The notes: generated from the letters alone by a model not told the origin. A stretch of 64,000 nt of DNA from Candidatus Helarchaeota archaeon (GCA_029838215.1 JALGVI010000012.1:1-64000), one strand, 5' to 3'; counted from the stretch's first letter, positions 38,281-47,954 are shown. Numbers and translations: made by a program.

Positions 38281-39495
38281 ATGAGCGTTATTCCGATGCA
38301 TGACTTTTTTGAAGAAATTAAAGAAGAAAAAACATTGACGATGACGGGAAATTATGCGGTGGCAGGCGCAGTTACGCAGACAGAGCCAGATGTTATTTGT
38401 GCTTTTCCCATTACGCCTCAGACACAATCAGTAGAAGGACTAAGCGACGTGGTTAATCATGGACGTTTAAAAGCGGCATTTGTGAATGTCGAAAGTGAAC
38501 TGGCAGCCATTTCATACATTACTGCCGCCGTTATTGCAGGAGCTCGCGGCTTTACGGCGACGGCTTCTCAAGGATATCTATTAATGCACGAAGGACTCCC
38601 CATGGCAGTTGGATGGCGAGCACCGATATACATGCTCATCTCAAACCGCGCGTGGAATGCCCCTAACCTGAGTATTTGGAACAGTTGGGAAGTCACGCTG
38701 GCAGATCACGGCTGGAACAAGATTTTTTCAGAAAACGTCCAAGAAACTTATGATGCAGCAATTCTTAGTTGCATGATATCAGAAAAAACACTTTTTCCGA
38801 CCTGTTTCTGTCATGATGGGTTTATCATTTCCCATTCGGCACAAAAATTCAAGGCAATCCCTGACGAGACCGTGAAGAAACTCACACCTCGCCGACCCAG
38901 GCATACCGTGCGAACGGATAATCCCGGCTGTTGGGGAGGTATAGTCACACCGGATTACTTCATGGAACAACGTCGCGCCTTGGATTTGGCAAAGAAAGAT
39001 GTCCCTAAAGAAATCGATGCAATGTTTGACCTGTTTGCGAAGGAAACGGGAAGAAAATATTCGTCAATTGAAACCTTTAACATTGAAAAGGCGAAAACCG
39101 CAATAGTCACGATGGGTTCCATGTGCGGAACGATAAAACAATGGATGCGAAATGTTCCCGATATCGGACTCATCAAGATACGAACTTATCGTCCATTTCC
39201 TAGCGAAAGACTACGAAAAATTATTGAAGATAATAAAATTGAAAAATTGATAGTGCTTGAGAAAAATGATGCACCGGGCGCGCCCGTACCTCAAGTCACG
39301 CAAACGATCCTCCCCGTAACTTATCCGCTCGGCACGATCGTTCATTCTTTTATACCCGGGCTCGGTGGAAGAGACGTGACTGTTGATGAGCTTAATGCTG
39401 CAAAGAAACGAATGGAAAAGATTAACGACATGAAAGGAGACCTGTACGAATACTTGGGTGTCCGAATAAAACAAGGAGTGATTGAAGGAGAGTAG
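38281..39495 (+). CDS. porA: 2-oxoacid (pyruvate/ketoisovalerate):ferredoxin oxidoreductase alpha subunit
   Basis: TGNYAVA, AFPITPQT, VESELAA, ATASQG.LLMHE, DGFIISH, RTYRPFP and GLGGRD. Confidence 0.93.
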   Translation: MSVIPMHDFFEEIKEEKTLTMTGNYAVAGAVTQTEPDVICAFPITPQTQSVEGLSDVVNHGRLKAAFVNVESELAAISYITAAVIAGARGFTATASQGYLLMHEGLPMAVGWRAPIYMLISNRAWNAPNLSIWNSWEVTLADHGWNKIFSENVQETYDAAILSCMISEKTLFPTCFCHDGFIISHSAQKFKAIPDETVKKLTPRRPRHTVRTDNPGCWGGIVTPDYFMEQRRALDLAKKDVPKEIDAMFDLFAKETGRKYSSIETFNIEKAKTAIVTMGSMCGTIKQWMRNVPDIGLIKIRTYRPFPSERLRKIIEDNKIEKLIVLEKNDAPGAPVPQVTQTILPVTYPLGTIVHSFIPGLGGRDVTVDELNAAKKRMEKINDMKGDLYEYLGVRIKQGVIEGE

Positions 39496-39499
39496 AACA

Positions 39500-40606
39500 A
39501 TGTCTTTAGAACAAAAATTTAAAGCTCGAGTCATTAAAGTCAAGGACATCCTTTCTTGGAAAACCAATAACTACCTGCTTTATTTCAACTATGATAATGA
39601 AGCATTCATGAACACGGGGATTCAAGAATCCGGTTCGACACCCTTTGGAGCTTCCACGACAACAGGACCTGCAGGAAAAGCCATTCCGGGAAAGATTGGC
39701 ATGAAACAAGACATCATAGAAGGATTTGCTTTTCTCGGCATGCAATCTGCATTCCTTGCTACGGCCTCAACCGCTTATCCTGCAGATTTTATCGGAAAAG
39801 TCGTCGAAGCATTAAAAACACCAGGAGCCGCTTTCATTCAGGTCTTGGCATCATGCGACCGCGGATGGCGCCATCCGATTAACATCTCCAATAAGGTGAA
39901 CAAGCTTGCAGTAGATTCTGGTTTCTGGCCTTTATACACGATTCGCGTTAAAAATGGGCGTCCCACGTATGCACTGAATAAAAAGATAAATTATGATACG
40001 ATGGAAGAAAAACTCATTGAATACTTGAACCTCATGGGACGTTTCCGTCACTTGGTTAAACCTGAATTCAAGGAACAAACAATACCTTTAGTTATTGATG
40101 CAGTCAAGGCGCGTGCTGATAATGTCATTAAACTAGTTAATACATTCGGTAATCCAGAACATCAACTAGAAACATACACCGTGAACTTCAAGGAGATTCC
40201 GCCACAAGAGATCTTGAATCCAGGACATGGACTATGTCAGGGCTGTGGGTGCGGCATGGCTTTAAATCAATTATCTCTTGCAGCTCATTGGGTCGCAGGA
40301 AAAAATATCATCGTGACCAATAACACGTCATGTTCTGAAGTCTCATTCTCGAAAGATGATGTTCCTAATTATAAAGTGCCTTGGGTTCACCACTTGTTTG
40401 AAACATGTGCCACGACCGGCGATGCCATTGCAACAACATACAGGATCTTAAAAGCAAAAGGTCTCTACAAAGGAGAAATCCCAAGAGTGATCGCCATTGG
40501 TGGAGATGGCTCCACTTATGATATAGGATTTCAATTTCTAAAAGCAGCACTTCATCGAGCCGGAACATTTGGCATCATGAACCCACTCATCAAGGACATT
40601 AGCTGA
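39500..40606 (+). CDS. porB: 2-oxoacid:ferredoxin oxidoreductase beta subunit, circularly permuted
   Basis: YDNEAFMNTGIQ..STP.GA.TTT..C.RGW..LAVDSGFWPLY comes first; GHGLCQGCG..SC.EV..VPW.H..GGDG.TYDIG comes last. Confidence 0.9.
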   Translation: MSLEQKFKARVIKVKDILSWKTNNYLLYFNYDNEAFMNTGIQESGSTPFGASTTTGPAGKAIPGKIGMKQDIIEGFAFLGMQSAFLATASTAYPADFIGKVVEALKTPGAAFIQVLASCDRGWRHPINISNKVNKLAVDSGFWPLYTIRVKNGRPTYALNKKINYDTMEEKLIEYLNLMGRFRHLVKPEFKEQTIPLVIDAVKARADNVIKLVNTFGNPEHQLETYTVNFKEIPPQEILNPGHGLCQGCGCGMALNQLSLAAHWVAGKNIIVTNNTSCSEVSFSKDDVPNYKVPWVHHLFETCATTGDAIATTYRILKAKGLYKGEIPRVIAIGGDGSTYDIGFQFLKAALHRAGTFGIMNPLIKDIS

Positions 40607-40643
40607 AAATCTGTCCATATTTTCATTTTTTTTCCTTTTTCTC

Positions 40644-41027
40644 TTGGTTTTATCATTCAATAAACTTAAAATCCTAGATAGTGGCATATTTCTTACTAGT
40701 TCAAATCAGATGTTCCGGTTAGGAGGATTGAGACTTTTGCCGTTCGTGAGAAGAGGTCGAAAAATTAGCGTTGGATCGCATCACCAACATTTACTGTTAG
40801 ACATGAGCGATAAAAGAAATTGGAAATTTCTACTGAAATTACATGAGCTTGGACACATCATAGTGACTTACTTTGACTACGATGCAAAAAAAGAAATCTT
40901 AAAGGATCTTTATCTTTCGGTGACGATTCATGGCGAAACTTATTGGACATCTCAATTTAAGAAAAAAGAATTGAAGGAGTTCATTGATTTCCTAAAAGCG
41001 AACGAAATAGATCTCATATACATCTAA
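40644..41027 (+). CDS. Hypothetical small protein (start uncertain)
   Basis: Fills the gap between porB and the M28 gene; contains HELGH. Confidence 0.45.
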   Translation: MVLSFNKLKILDSGIFLTSSNQMFRLGGLRLLPFVRRGRKISVGSHHQHLLLDMSDKRNWKFLLKLHELGHIIVTYFDYDAKKEILKDLYLSVTIHGETYWTSQFKKKELKEFIDFLKANEIDLIYI

Positions 41028-41042
41028 CAAGGAAGATTTTCA

Positions 41043-42320
41043 ATGAATTTCGGTCAAGACGAACAAATAAATAAAAAACAAATACTTGATTTTGCCACGA
41101 ACCTGAGCTTTCCAAGAAGGAATGGCTCCGAAGGGAATCTCAAAGCACGAGAATTGTTGAAGTCTTGGTTTTCGGATCTCGGTTTCAAGAACATCAATAC
41201 AGAATCATTCAAATGGAATCCTCGAATTCGGCCATTATATTTTCGTTTTTTTACGGTCCCTTTAACCATTCTAATGTTCGTGGAAGTCATTACCATTATC
41301 GAGTTGATTTTTCTCCTTGTTTTCTCGGGGATTTTTACCATTCAATTAATTTGTGAGTTCACAACGGGTTGTACCATCATGATCTTGATGATAATCCTGT
41401 TTTCATTCGGACATGTTCTCACGAAATTGGCTTTTCTACACCGCGAAAGATATTTTTCATCGAAATTACGGGATGCCCAGAACATCTCAGTTGAGATTGC
41501 GGCAGAGGAAAAGCCGAAATCTAGATTGGTCATCATCGGCGCGCATTATGATAGCATAAACACGCGTTTCGGAGATATGACGAACATAATTTTATATTTG
41601 GGTAGGTTTGCGGGTGTTTTTTTTGTTTCAATTCTCACGTTAATCTTGCCATTCGTAACGATGATCCTGCAATTCTTCCAGTTGATGTCCGTTTCCATCA
41701 TTCTCAACACGATTCTTCTCATTATCGTCTTATATGCCGGATTCTCATTAATGGTGAGTTTTTTCAACACTCTTCATAATAAAAGTGAAGGGGCCATTGA
41801 TAATGCATCTGGAGTTGCAGTCGTCCTAGGCTGTGCAGCATGGTTAAAGAAAAACCCACCAGCAACCGTAGACGTGATTTGTGTCCTATTTGATGTTGAA
41901 GAAGAAGGGTTGATCGGTTCGATGCATTTTGCAAGCAATAATTTGAATAAATTCGAGAAATATGGCATTGAAAAGGTTCACATGATTTGCTTGGATGGTC
42001 CTGGCTCGAAAGGAAAGCTTGGATTTTCCGGCTCCTTTGGTTTCCCGATCAAAACTACGACAGACCGCGGAATTATCAATGAATTACAGCAAGAGGCCAA
42101 CAAACTTCGGTACCAAACGAGAAAAATATGGTTTCCTTATGGTGGCTCCGATCACGTTCCATTTGGCATGTTGAAAATAGACTCCTGCCATTTCTTCTCC
42201 ACGTCCATCGTCTCGAACACCATATCTGATAAAAAAGAGCTTCTTAATGAGGAAAACCTGTTTCGTGCAACTAACATCGTGATCAATTACATTAGAGAAC
42301 TGGATTCAGGCGAAATTTAG
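41043..42320 (+). CDS. Membrane-embedded M28-family peptidase-like protein
   Basis: GAHYDS, GAIDNASG, FDVEEEGLIGS and SDHVPF, with TM inserts. Confidence 0.88.
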   Translation: MNFGQDEQINKKQILDFATNLSFPRRNGSEGNLKARELLKSWFSDLGFKNINTESFKWNPRIRPLYFRFFTVPLTILMFVEVITIIELIFLLVFSGIFTIQLICEFTTGCTIMILMIILFSFGHVLTKLAFLHRERYFSSKLRDAQNISVEIAAEEKPKSRLVIIGAHYDSINTRFGDMTNIILYLGRFAGVFFVSILTLILPFVTMILQFFQLMSVSIILNTILLIIVLYAGFSLMVSFFNTLHNKSEGAIDNASGVAVVLGCAAWLKKNPPATVDVICVLFDVEEEGLIGSMHFASNNLNKFEKYGIEKVHMICLDGPGSKGKLGFSGSFGFPIKTTTDRGIINELQQEANKLRYQTRKIWFPYGGSDHVPFGMLKIDSCHFFSTSIVSNTISDKKELLNEENLFRATNIVINYIRELDSGEI

Positions 42321-42454
42321 CCAATAAACGCGCATTTTAATCAACAAATAAAAAATTCGAGAAAAAAAATATATATCATGCAAGGCAAAAGATTTTCTGA
42401 AAGATTTTCTGATAATTAAAAAGAAATAGAGTCTAAAAAGTCGGTGAGTTTTTC

Positions 42455-43246
42455 ATGCCCGTACAAAGTAATGGTTTCATATTTCTGGTTCATTTTCCCA
42501 TCATGATAGTCGAATTAATAATATCCATAATGTTTTTCGCCCTTTCTTTCATAATCCTTAATAAATGGAGAGAAAGGAGAACGGTAGCGACGCTTTATTT
42601 GTCTCTCGCACTATTCGCGTTGTCGGCTGCAATTTTTATTGCTTTTACAGGATTAGCAAGTTGGTATTTTACGTGGGTATTGGCTCTTTATTCATACGTG
42701 CCGAGCACGATTTATTATCGGATGAGCCTTCCTCTCGGTTACACGTTAGTCATCGTCTATGATGCATTTCTATTCCTATTTACCATCCAAATTTTCCTTG
42801 GTGGGAGGCAAAAGCTTGCCATTCCTGTCTTGATTATTGGGGTTCTTTTAATCATGCTACTTTTCCTGCCAAATAACTATTACGGTGTTGAACGGCTCCC
42901 TACAGATCCGCCATCGATCCGCACCATCGTTCAAGGTTTATACTTGCTCTACAACGTTGCGATTTTCGGTATCTTGGGTTTAAAATCATATAAAGCATCC
43001 AGAGATGCTGGAGAGAAAGTAAGTCGCGTGGGTTTCCAAACCATTGCAATGAGCCAGGTGATAAACATATCGATTTTTGTATTTTTCCTGATGGATGCCA
43101 TCGTGATCCTCTTGATTCCCTTTAGTCCGGGATATTCCTTTTTCATTTATCTCGCTTGGATTTTCGCCTTTATTGCAGGATTTTTCGTATATTTAGGCTA
43201 TATCCTTCCTCCGTGGTTTAGAAAATTGATCTCGAAAGAATCTTGA
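42455..43246 (+). CDS. Stand-alone 7-TM membrane protein
   Basis: About seven TM segments, ending YLGYILPPWF; no soluble output domain. Confidence 0.75.
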   Translation: MPVQSNGFIFLVHFPIMIVELIISIMFFALSFIILNKWRERRTVATLYLSLALFALSAAIFIAFTGLASWYFTWVLALYSYVPSTIYYRMSLPLGYTLVIVYDAFLFLFTIQIFLGGRQKLAIPVLIIGVLLIMLLFLPNNYYGVERLPTDPPSIRTIVQGLYLLYNVAIFGILGLKSYKASRDAGEKVSRVGFQTIAMSQVINISIFVFFLMDAIVILLIPFSPGYSFFIYLAWIFAFIAGFFVYLGYILPPWFRKLISKES

Positions 43247-43277
43247 AGAATGAACTGAAAAGAATGATTTCTTAGTC

Positions 43278-43293
43278 AGTATATTTTTATACT
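43278..43293. promoter_or_regulatory. Palindrome AGTATA-N4-TATACT, putative toxin-antitoxin autoregulatory operator
   Basis: Lies 18 nt upstream of the antitoxin start codon. Confidence 0.45.
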
Positions 43294-43311
43294 ATAGAAT
43301 ACTAGTAAATC

Positions 43312-43602
43312 ATGATGTCCGTTGTCAAGATAACAAAAAAGAAAAATTTAGAGAAATTGCTTGCAAGGATAACTCTGCGTCTTGGACGAAAGCCAACGCA
43401 ACAAGAAGTGTTAGATTATTGCGTGGAATTGGGCGAGGAACATATTGAGGAGCTCATTCAAAAAATTAGTCCGGGTCCAATCCTTGACGATGAAAAGATT
43501 GACAGGATTGTAAATTTAAGAAAAGAATTGGCGAAACTGGAGTGGCAAAAGCCAAACAGTGAAGAATTTCTGAGTGAAGATGATGCTGATTTATACTATT
43601 AA
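43312..43602 (+). CDS. Putative antitoxin (VapB-like)
   Basis: Small protein with an acidic tail, 5 nt upstream of a PIN-domain gene. Confidence 0.7.
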   Translation: MMSVVKITKKKNLEKLLARITLRLGRKPTQQEVLDYCVELGEEHIEELIQKISPGPILDDEKIDRIVNLRKELAKLEWQKPNSEEFLSEDDADLYY

Positions 43603-43607
43603 AGTGA

Positions 43608-44039
43608 ATGACCATGGGAATCTTTTTGGACACAGGATTTTATATTGGGTTGGTCGATCCCAAGGACAAGCATTATCATCGGAGCTTGGAGCTGTTACAT
43701 GAGTTAAAATCAGGAGAATACGGACAAATTTATACATCAACCCTTGTCATGGGAGAAACAGCGACTTTAGTTGGAATTCGAACAAATCGACACCCTAAGG
43801 CAATGAACTCAATTCGAAATCTCTTTTCAGGATCCGAGAAGCTTGCTATTATCTTAAGGTTTGGAGATGACCTTGAAGAAGACACGTGGAAATTATTTCA
43901 CAGGATAAATACAACCAAAAAATCAAAATTCGTGAGCTTTGTAGATTGTGCAAACATAGTAACTTGCAAACGATATTCAATTGAAAATATAATAGCTTTT
44001 GACGAGCATTTTGATGGTTGGTTGACAAGAATTCATTAA
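43608..44039 (+). CDS. vapC: PIN-domain ribonuclease toxin
   Basis: FLDTGF, YTS.LV.GET, SFVDC and FDEHF. Confidence 0.9.
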   Translation: MTMGIFLDTGFYIGLVDPKDKHYHRSLELLHELKSGEYGQIYTSTLVMGETATLVGIRTNRHPKAMNSIRNLFSGSEKLAIILRFGDDLEEDTWKLFHRINTTKKSKFVSFVDCANIVTCKRYSIENIIAFDEHFDGWLTRIH

Positions 44040-44186
44040 ACGTGGTTAATTTTACGAAGATTGTGTGCGATTTCATCGATTACTTCTTTTTTTTTGATGC
44101 AAGTATTTGTAGAAAACTATTTGAAGAACGTATCATATTTAAACTAAAATGAAAATTAAATGAATTTTACAAGGAAATCTTTGAAA

Positions 44187-44759
44187 ATGAGTTCAATCAA
44201 GGACCGCATTGGAAAAATCGTATTGCCCGGTGAAAAAATCGGGGTGATCGAGCAATTTCTTCCGGGTGAAGGCACGTATGAAGAAGATGGAATAATATAC
44301 GCTAGTTTAATCGGATCTCTCAAATTAAATAAACGAGAGCGTGTTGTAAGCGTTGAGCCCGAAAAGGATACACCACTTCCAAGGGATGGGGATGTCGTTA
44401 TTGGTCGCGTGGATACGCTGAAAAAACAATCCGTGGTGGTGTATGTAAACGATGCTCGGAGCTTGCAACCGCGAGCTAATTATGAAGCATCCATACACGT
44501 GTCAAATGTTTCCAGGGATTACATTGAGAATATATCTGATGCTTTTAAACCGTACGATCTAGTGCGTTGTCGGCTAATACGAACGGATAGCTTTCCATTT
44601 CAGGCCGTCACCGATGAAAAAAATCTAGGCGTCATCCTCGCATTTTGTAGCATTTGTGGTGAAAAACTGGCATGGAAAGGCAATCGTCTCGTCTGTTCAA
44701 ATTGTAGAAATATTGAACAAAGAAAAGTCGCAAGCGATTACGGAAGGATGCAATTATAA
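44187..44759 (+). CDS. csl4: Exosome RNA-binding subunit Csl4
   Basis: IVLPGEKIG..EQFLPGEGTYE, S1 domain (GDVVIGRV; FKPYDLVR), LGV..A.CS.CG..C.NC..E.RKVA.DYG. Confidence 0.95.
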   Translation: MSSIKDRIGKIVLPGEKIGVIEQFLPGEGTYEEDGIIYASLIGSLKLNKRERVVSVEPEKDTPLPRDGDVVIGRVDTLKKQSVVVYVNDARSLQPRANYEASIHVSNVSRDYIENISDAFKPYDLVRCRLIRTDSFPFQAVTDEKNLGVILAFCSICGEKLAWKGNRLVCSNCRNIEQRKVASDYGRMQL

Positions 44760-44795
44760 GGAAAAATACGGCTTACGGGATTTTGCAATTTGGAT

Positions 44796-46154
44796 TCACC
44801 CAATAAGGCGTCCTGTAAAAATGTTATTTTTGGTTCGCTCGATTTTAATGCGCACCGTGGAACCGACCTTCTTTTTTCCGTCAATGATCTGAATTATTCG
44901 ATTTCGGGCAACTGCAAGTATTTCTCCTTTGATTCGACCGAGAGCTTTTATTTCTGCCATGACGACTTCACCTTTTCGAAAAGGTTTGGGCAATTCCTTG
45001 CGTTTTACCATGTTAAAATCTCTTTTCTTATCAAGGATTAGGCTTGAAATTGCGTGTTTTTGTTCCAATTCGTGCAAGAAATCGTGAAATTCTTCCCACG
45101 ACCATGGCTTGATTCCTTTAACTTTACGTGAAAGAGGATAGATGAGATAATTTTGGATACCAAGAGGTGCTTTATAGAAACGTCCTAGCCCCATTTTTTT
45201 TAAATATTGGATGATTTCATTCATATCATCCACGTTCACCCTCGGAACCACGATAGGAGAAACATGAAGCTTAATCTTCGTTCTTAAGATGATATCAATT
45301 AATTTTTTCACGTGTTCGATGTCGTAGTTGGAAGTTCCAGCTAATGCTCGTGCCTTTCTGGGATTTAAACAATTCAAACTCAAATTTATTCGTGTCAAAC
45401 CTGCTTTTTCGAGAGCCAGCACGCCATCTTCATCAAGAAGGATGCCATTTGTCTGCAATGAAATTTCTTCAATACCTTCAATCGAGTTTAATCGCGTGAT
45501 TAATTCCGCCAAATAAGGATATGTTGTTGGTTCTCCTTGTCCTGAAAGGTGAATTTCTAAACCACGTGGTCCAAGAAACTCAACGATTTTTTGAACCTCT
45601 TGGAATAAATAATCCGGATCAACCAAATAGTCCATCTGTCTTGATTTAGAATTCTTTCCCTCATCAACTGAACAAAAAATGCATTGTAGTGGACAACCCG
45701 AAATGGGACGGACTTCAATCACGTTTGTACCTCTGACAATAATACCAAAAGCCGTGTGACCAATGAGCGGGATGCCCGACTTCTCATGAATGTACATCAT
45801 TGGACGACCCGTATGCGCATTCCACATTCTAGCATTCATTAGCTCTGAAAGAAACCTCTTAAAAACGGAAATTATCTCTTCTTCACGGAACACCGAGCCT
45901 GCAAGGTCAAATTTTAGAAAAAAATCATCGTTTCGCATCTCAACATCAAAGTTAATTTTTCCGTGACCGAGTTCCTTCTTTAACCTTCGTAGAAAATATC
46001 TTTTATCGACCTCAGTCTCCATTACGTCTTTATATGTAAATCTTATCGTTTCGTCTAACGAAGCCGTGATTGGCATTGCTTTGGACAGGTTAATCTCGGT
46101 CTCATCATTTTGATCTTGAGTTGATTTTTCAGGTTCTGGCATTTTTCTTTCCAA
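44796..46154 (-). CDS. Archaeal radical SAM protein with C-terminal TRAM-like domain
   Basis: IPLIGHTAFGII.RGTNVIEVRP.SGCPLQCIFCSVD, GQGEP and SLQTNG; C-terminal beta-barrel. Confidence 0.9.
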   Translation of the reverse strand: MERKMPEPEKSTQDQNDETEINLSKAMPITASLDETIRFTYKDVMETEVDKRYFLRRLKKELGHGKINFDVEMRNDDFFLKFDLAGSVFREEEIISVFKRFLSELMNARMWNAHTGRPMMYIHEKSGIPLIGHTAFGIIVRGTNVIEVRPISGCPLQCIFCSVDEGKNSKSRQMDYLVDPDYLFQEVQKIVEFLGPRGLEIHLSGQGEPTTYPYLAELITRLNSIEGIEEISLQTNGILLDEDGVLALEKAGLTRINLSLNCLNPRKARALAGTSNYDIEHVKKLIDIILRTKIKLHVSPIVVPRVNVDDMNEIIQYLKKMGLGRFYKAPLGIQNYLIYPLSRKVKGIKPWSWEEFHDFLHELEQKHAISSLILDKKRDFNMVKRKELPKPFRKGEVVMAEIKALGRIKGEILAVARNRIIQIIDGKKKVGSTVRIKIERTKNNIFTGRLIG

Positions 46155-46263
46155 AAAATGAATCTTGTTTAATCATTCATCGCGAATTCTGCGACTTACA
46201 AGTAAATCTCGAATTTCATGTAGAAAAAACTACTCATCGGTTTTGAAAACACGACAATTGACA

Positions 46264-46683
46264 TCAGGAATGCAATTCTAATAAATTGGAATTCGTCAAG
46301 ATCCAAATTACTTGCGAAAATAATAATGTCTTTAGCCAGTTCACGCGGATGTTGTGGACTTCTAGGTTCTTTTTGATGATTTCACCAAATAAAGATCTTT
46401 TTCCGTCCAAGATATCAATCCAGATGTCCTTTGGACCGATTATGGTGAAATCGGACGCTGCCGAATAGCCTCTAAAAAATTTTTGGACATCCTTTGTAAT
46501 GAATAATGAGAATTCTTCATTTTTAGTCCCGTTTATGACCTTGATATTAAGCAGGAATAAGAAGCTTGTAAGGGCTTTAGGGAGAGTTTCGAGCAATCGC
46601 AAGTTCTGTGTTTTCTTGATGATGTTATAGAAACGTTTTAATTTTTTATTCAGGAGCATGAGACGCTCTTCGATCTCACTCAA
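46264..46683 (-). CDS. SCP2 sterol/lipid-binding domain-like protein
   Basis: SDFTIIGPKDIW.DILDGK..GEI.KKNLEV pattern. Confidence 0.6.
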   Translation of the reverse strand: MSEIEERLMLLNKKLKRFYNIIKKTQNLRLLETLPKALTSFLFLLNIKVINGTKNEEFSLFITKDVQKFFRGYSAASDFTIIGPKDIWIDILDGKRSLFGEIIKKNLEVHNIRVNWLKTLLFSQVIWILTNSNLLELHS

Positions 46684-46781
46684 TTCATTTCCCTACAAGT
46701 TTTTTTATAGTCCTTTATGGAACAAGATGAAATTCAATCGCCTAGACTTTATTATCTGAAACATAAATTTAAAATATCTGA

Positions 46782-47864
46782 TCAAATTGAGAATCGTAAT
46801 AATGCTGCAATGCCACCCAATTTTTCGAGTTGTTCTCCTGCAGGATGGTGAACGCTGATGAATACAGGTTGTCCTCCACTTTTTTCTACGTTTATTATTA
46901 AACTTTCAATTCTTCTTCGATCTTCATCAGTACCTTTTCGAAATCGAGTATCGGTCAACAATATTTTATCCACAGCACCATAGTTAATGGCTCGCTCGAC
47001 ATCAGCAAGTCCATAAGTCACGTCATTTTTTTCCTTGCTAATTCGTTTTATTACTTCTTCCATTAGAGCATTTTCTTGCCCTATCCTGAAATTGTCCACG
47101 AGTTTTGATACCTTTCCTTTTTTAATGATTTCATATATTGCAGACTTCGTGCCACTTGAGGCATCTTCCAATTTCACGATTCCAGCAATTTTGGGCGAAT
47201 TCTTTTTGAGAAACGTTAAGAAATGTTCTTTCACGCTTCCAGGTCCACCGAGAATTATTATCTTGATATCTTCTCGAGAAACGTGTTCATCCATAACTTG
47301 AAGCACGTTCTTGAAAAAGTCTTGAAGGGCCTTGTCGTGATATGATACATTATACCGTTTTCCCGGAATATTTTCCGTGATTTTTGCAACTACATTTATT
47401 CCCGTGTCGCTAACCGTTGCAATGCAAGATTCTCCTTTATCCATCGTAATAATTAGGAATTCAGGTGTCTCAGATGATTTTAATGCACGATCAAGTCTTC
47501 GTAAAAAATAAGGCGTCCATTCTTTTTTTACGATGGTTATTTCTGAAAGAGGTTGGAGGTTAAACGTGTGATGATCATGGAGAGAAACTAAATCTTCAGG
47601 TCCGAAAATGATTTTTCCCGTCACGCGAAGCCTTGTTGTAAAAGGATGGAACTCAAATTTCTCAACTTCTATTCCTAAAAAGACTTTTACACGTTCACCA
47701 CTATCGGCACGTTCTCTTTCATTTTCTTTTCGAATCCTGCGAACTGTTTTACCATAGATGCGGTCAGAAGGCATTAAGATATTGTACACGTGCCATAAGT
47801 CATCAATGTTTTCAAGCTGTACCTTGATCTCTTTCTTTTTCAGGTCTTGTTCAAGAATTTTCAT
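46782..47864 (-). CDS. pelA: mRNA surveillance protein Pelota/Dom34
   Basis: ENIDDLWHVYN, LRVTGKI, HHTFNL, LGGPG, TYG..V.RA..YGAV..LL.D and HPAGEQLEKLGGIAALLRF. Confidence 0.97.
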   Translation of the reverse strand: MKILEQDLKKKEIKVQLENIDDLWHVYNILMPSDRIYGKTVRRIRKENERERADSGERVKVFLGIEVEKFEFHPFTTRLRVTGKIIFGPEDLVSLHDHHTFNLQPLSEITIVKKEWTPYFLRRLDRALKSSETPEFLIITMDKGESCIATVSDTGINVVAKITENIPGKRYNVSYHDKALQDFFKNVLQVMDEHVSREDIKIIILGGPGSVKEHFLTFLKKNSPKIAGIVKLEDASSGTKSAIYEIIKKGKVSKLVDNFRIGQENALMEEVIKRISKEKNDVTYGLADVERAINYGAVDKILLTDTRFRKGTDEDRRRIESLIINVEKSGGQPVFISVHHPAGEQLEKLGGIAALLRFSI

Positions 47865-47954
47865 GTTATTGCCTTCATTCCAAAAAAAATGATGTTTTCT
47901 GAAGATATTTTTCCGTGATTTTATTTCAGCTATTGAATTTCAAATTTTTAAATC

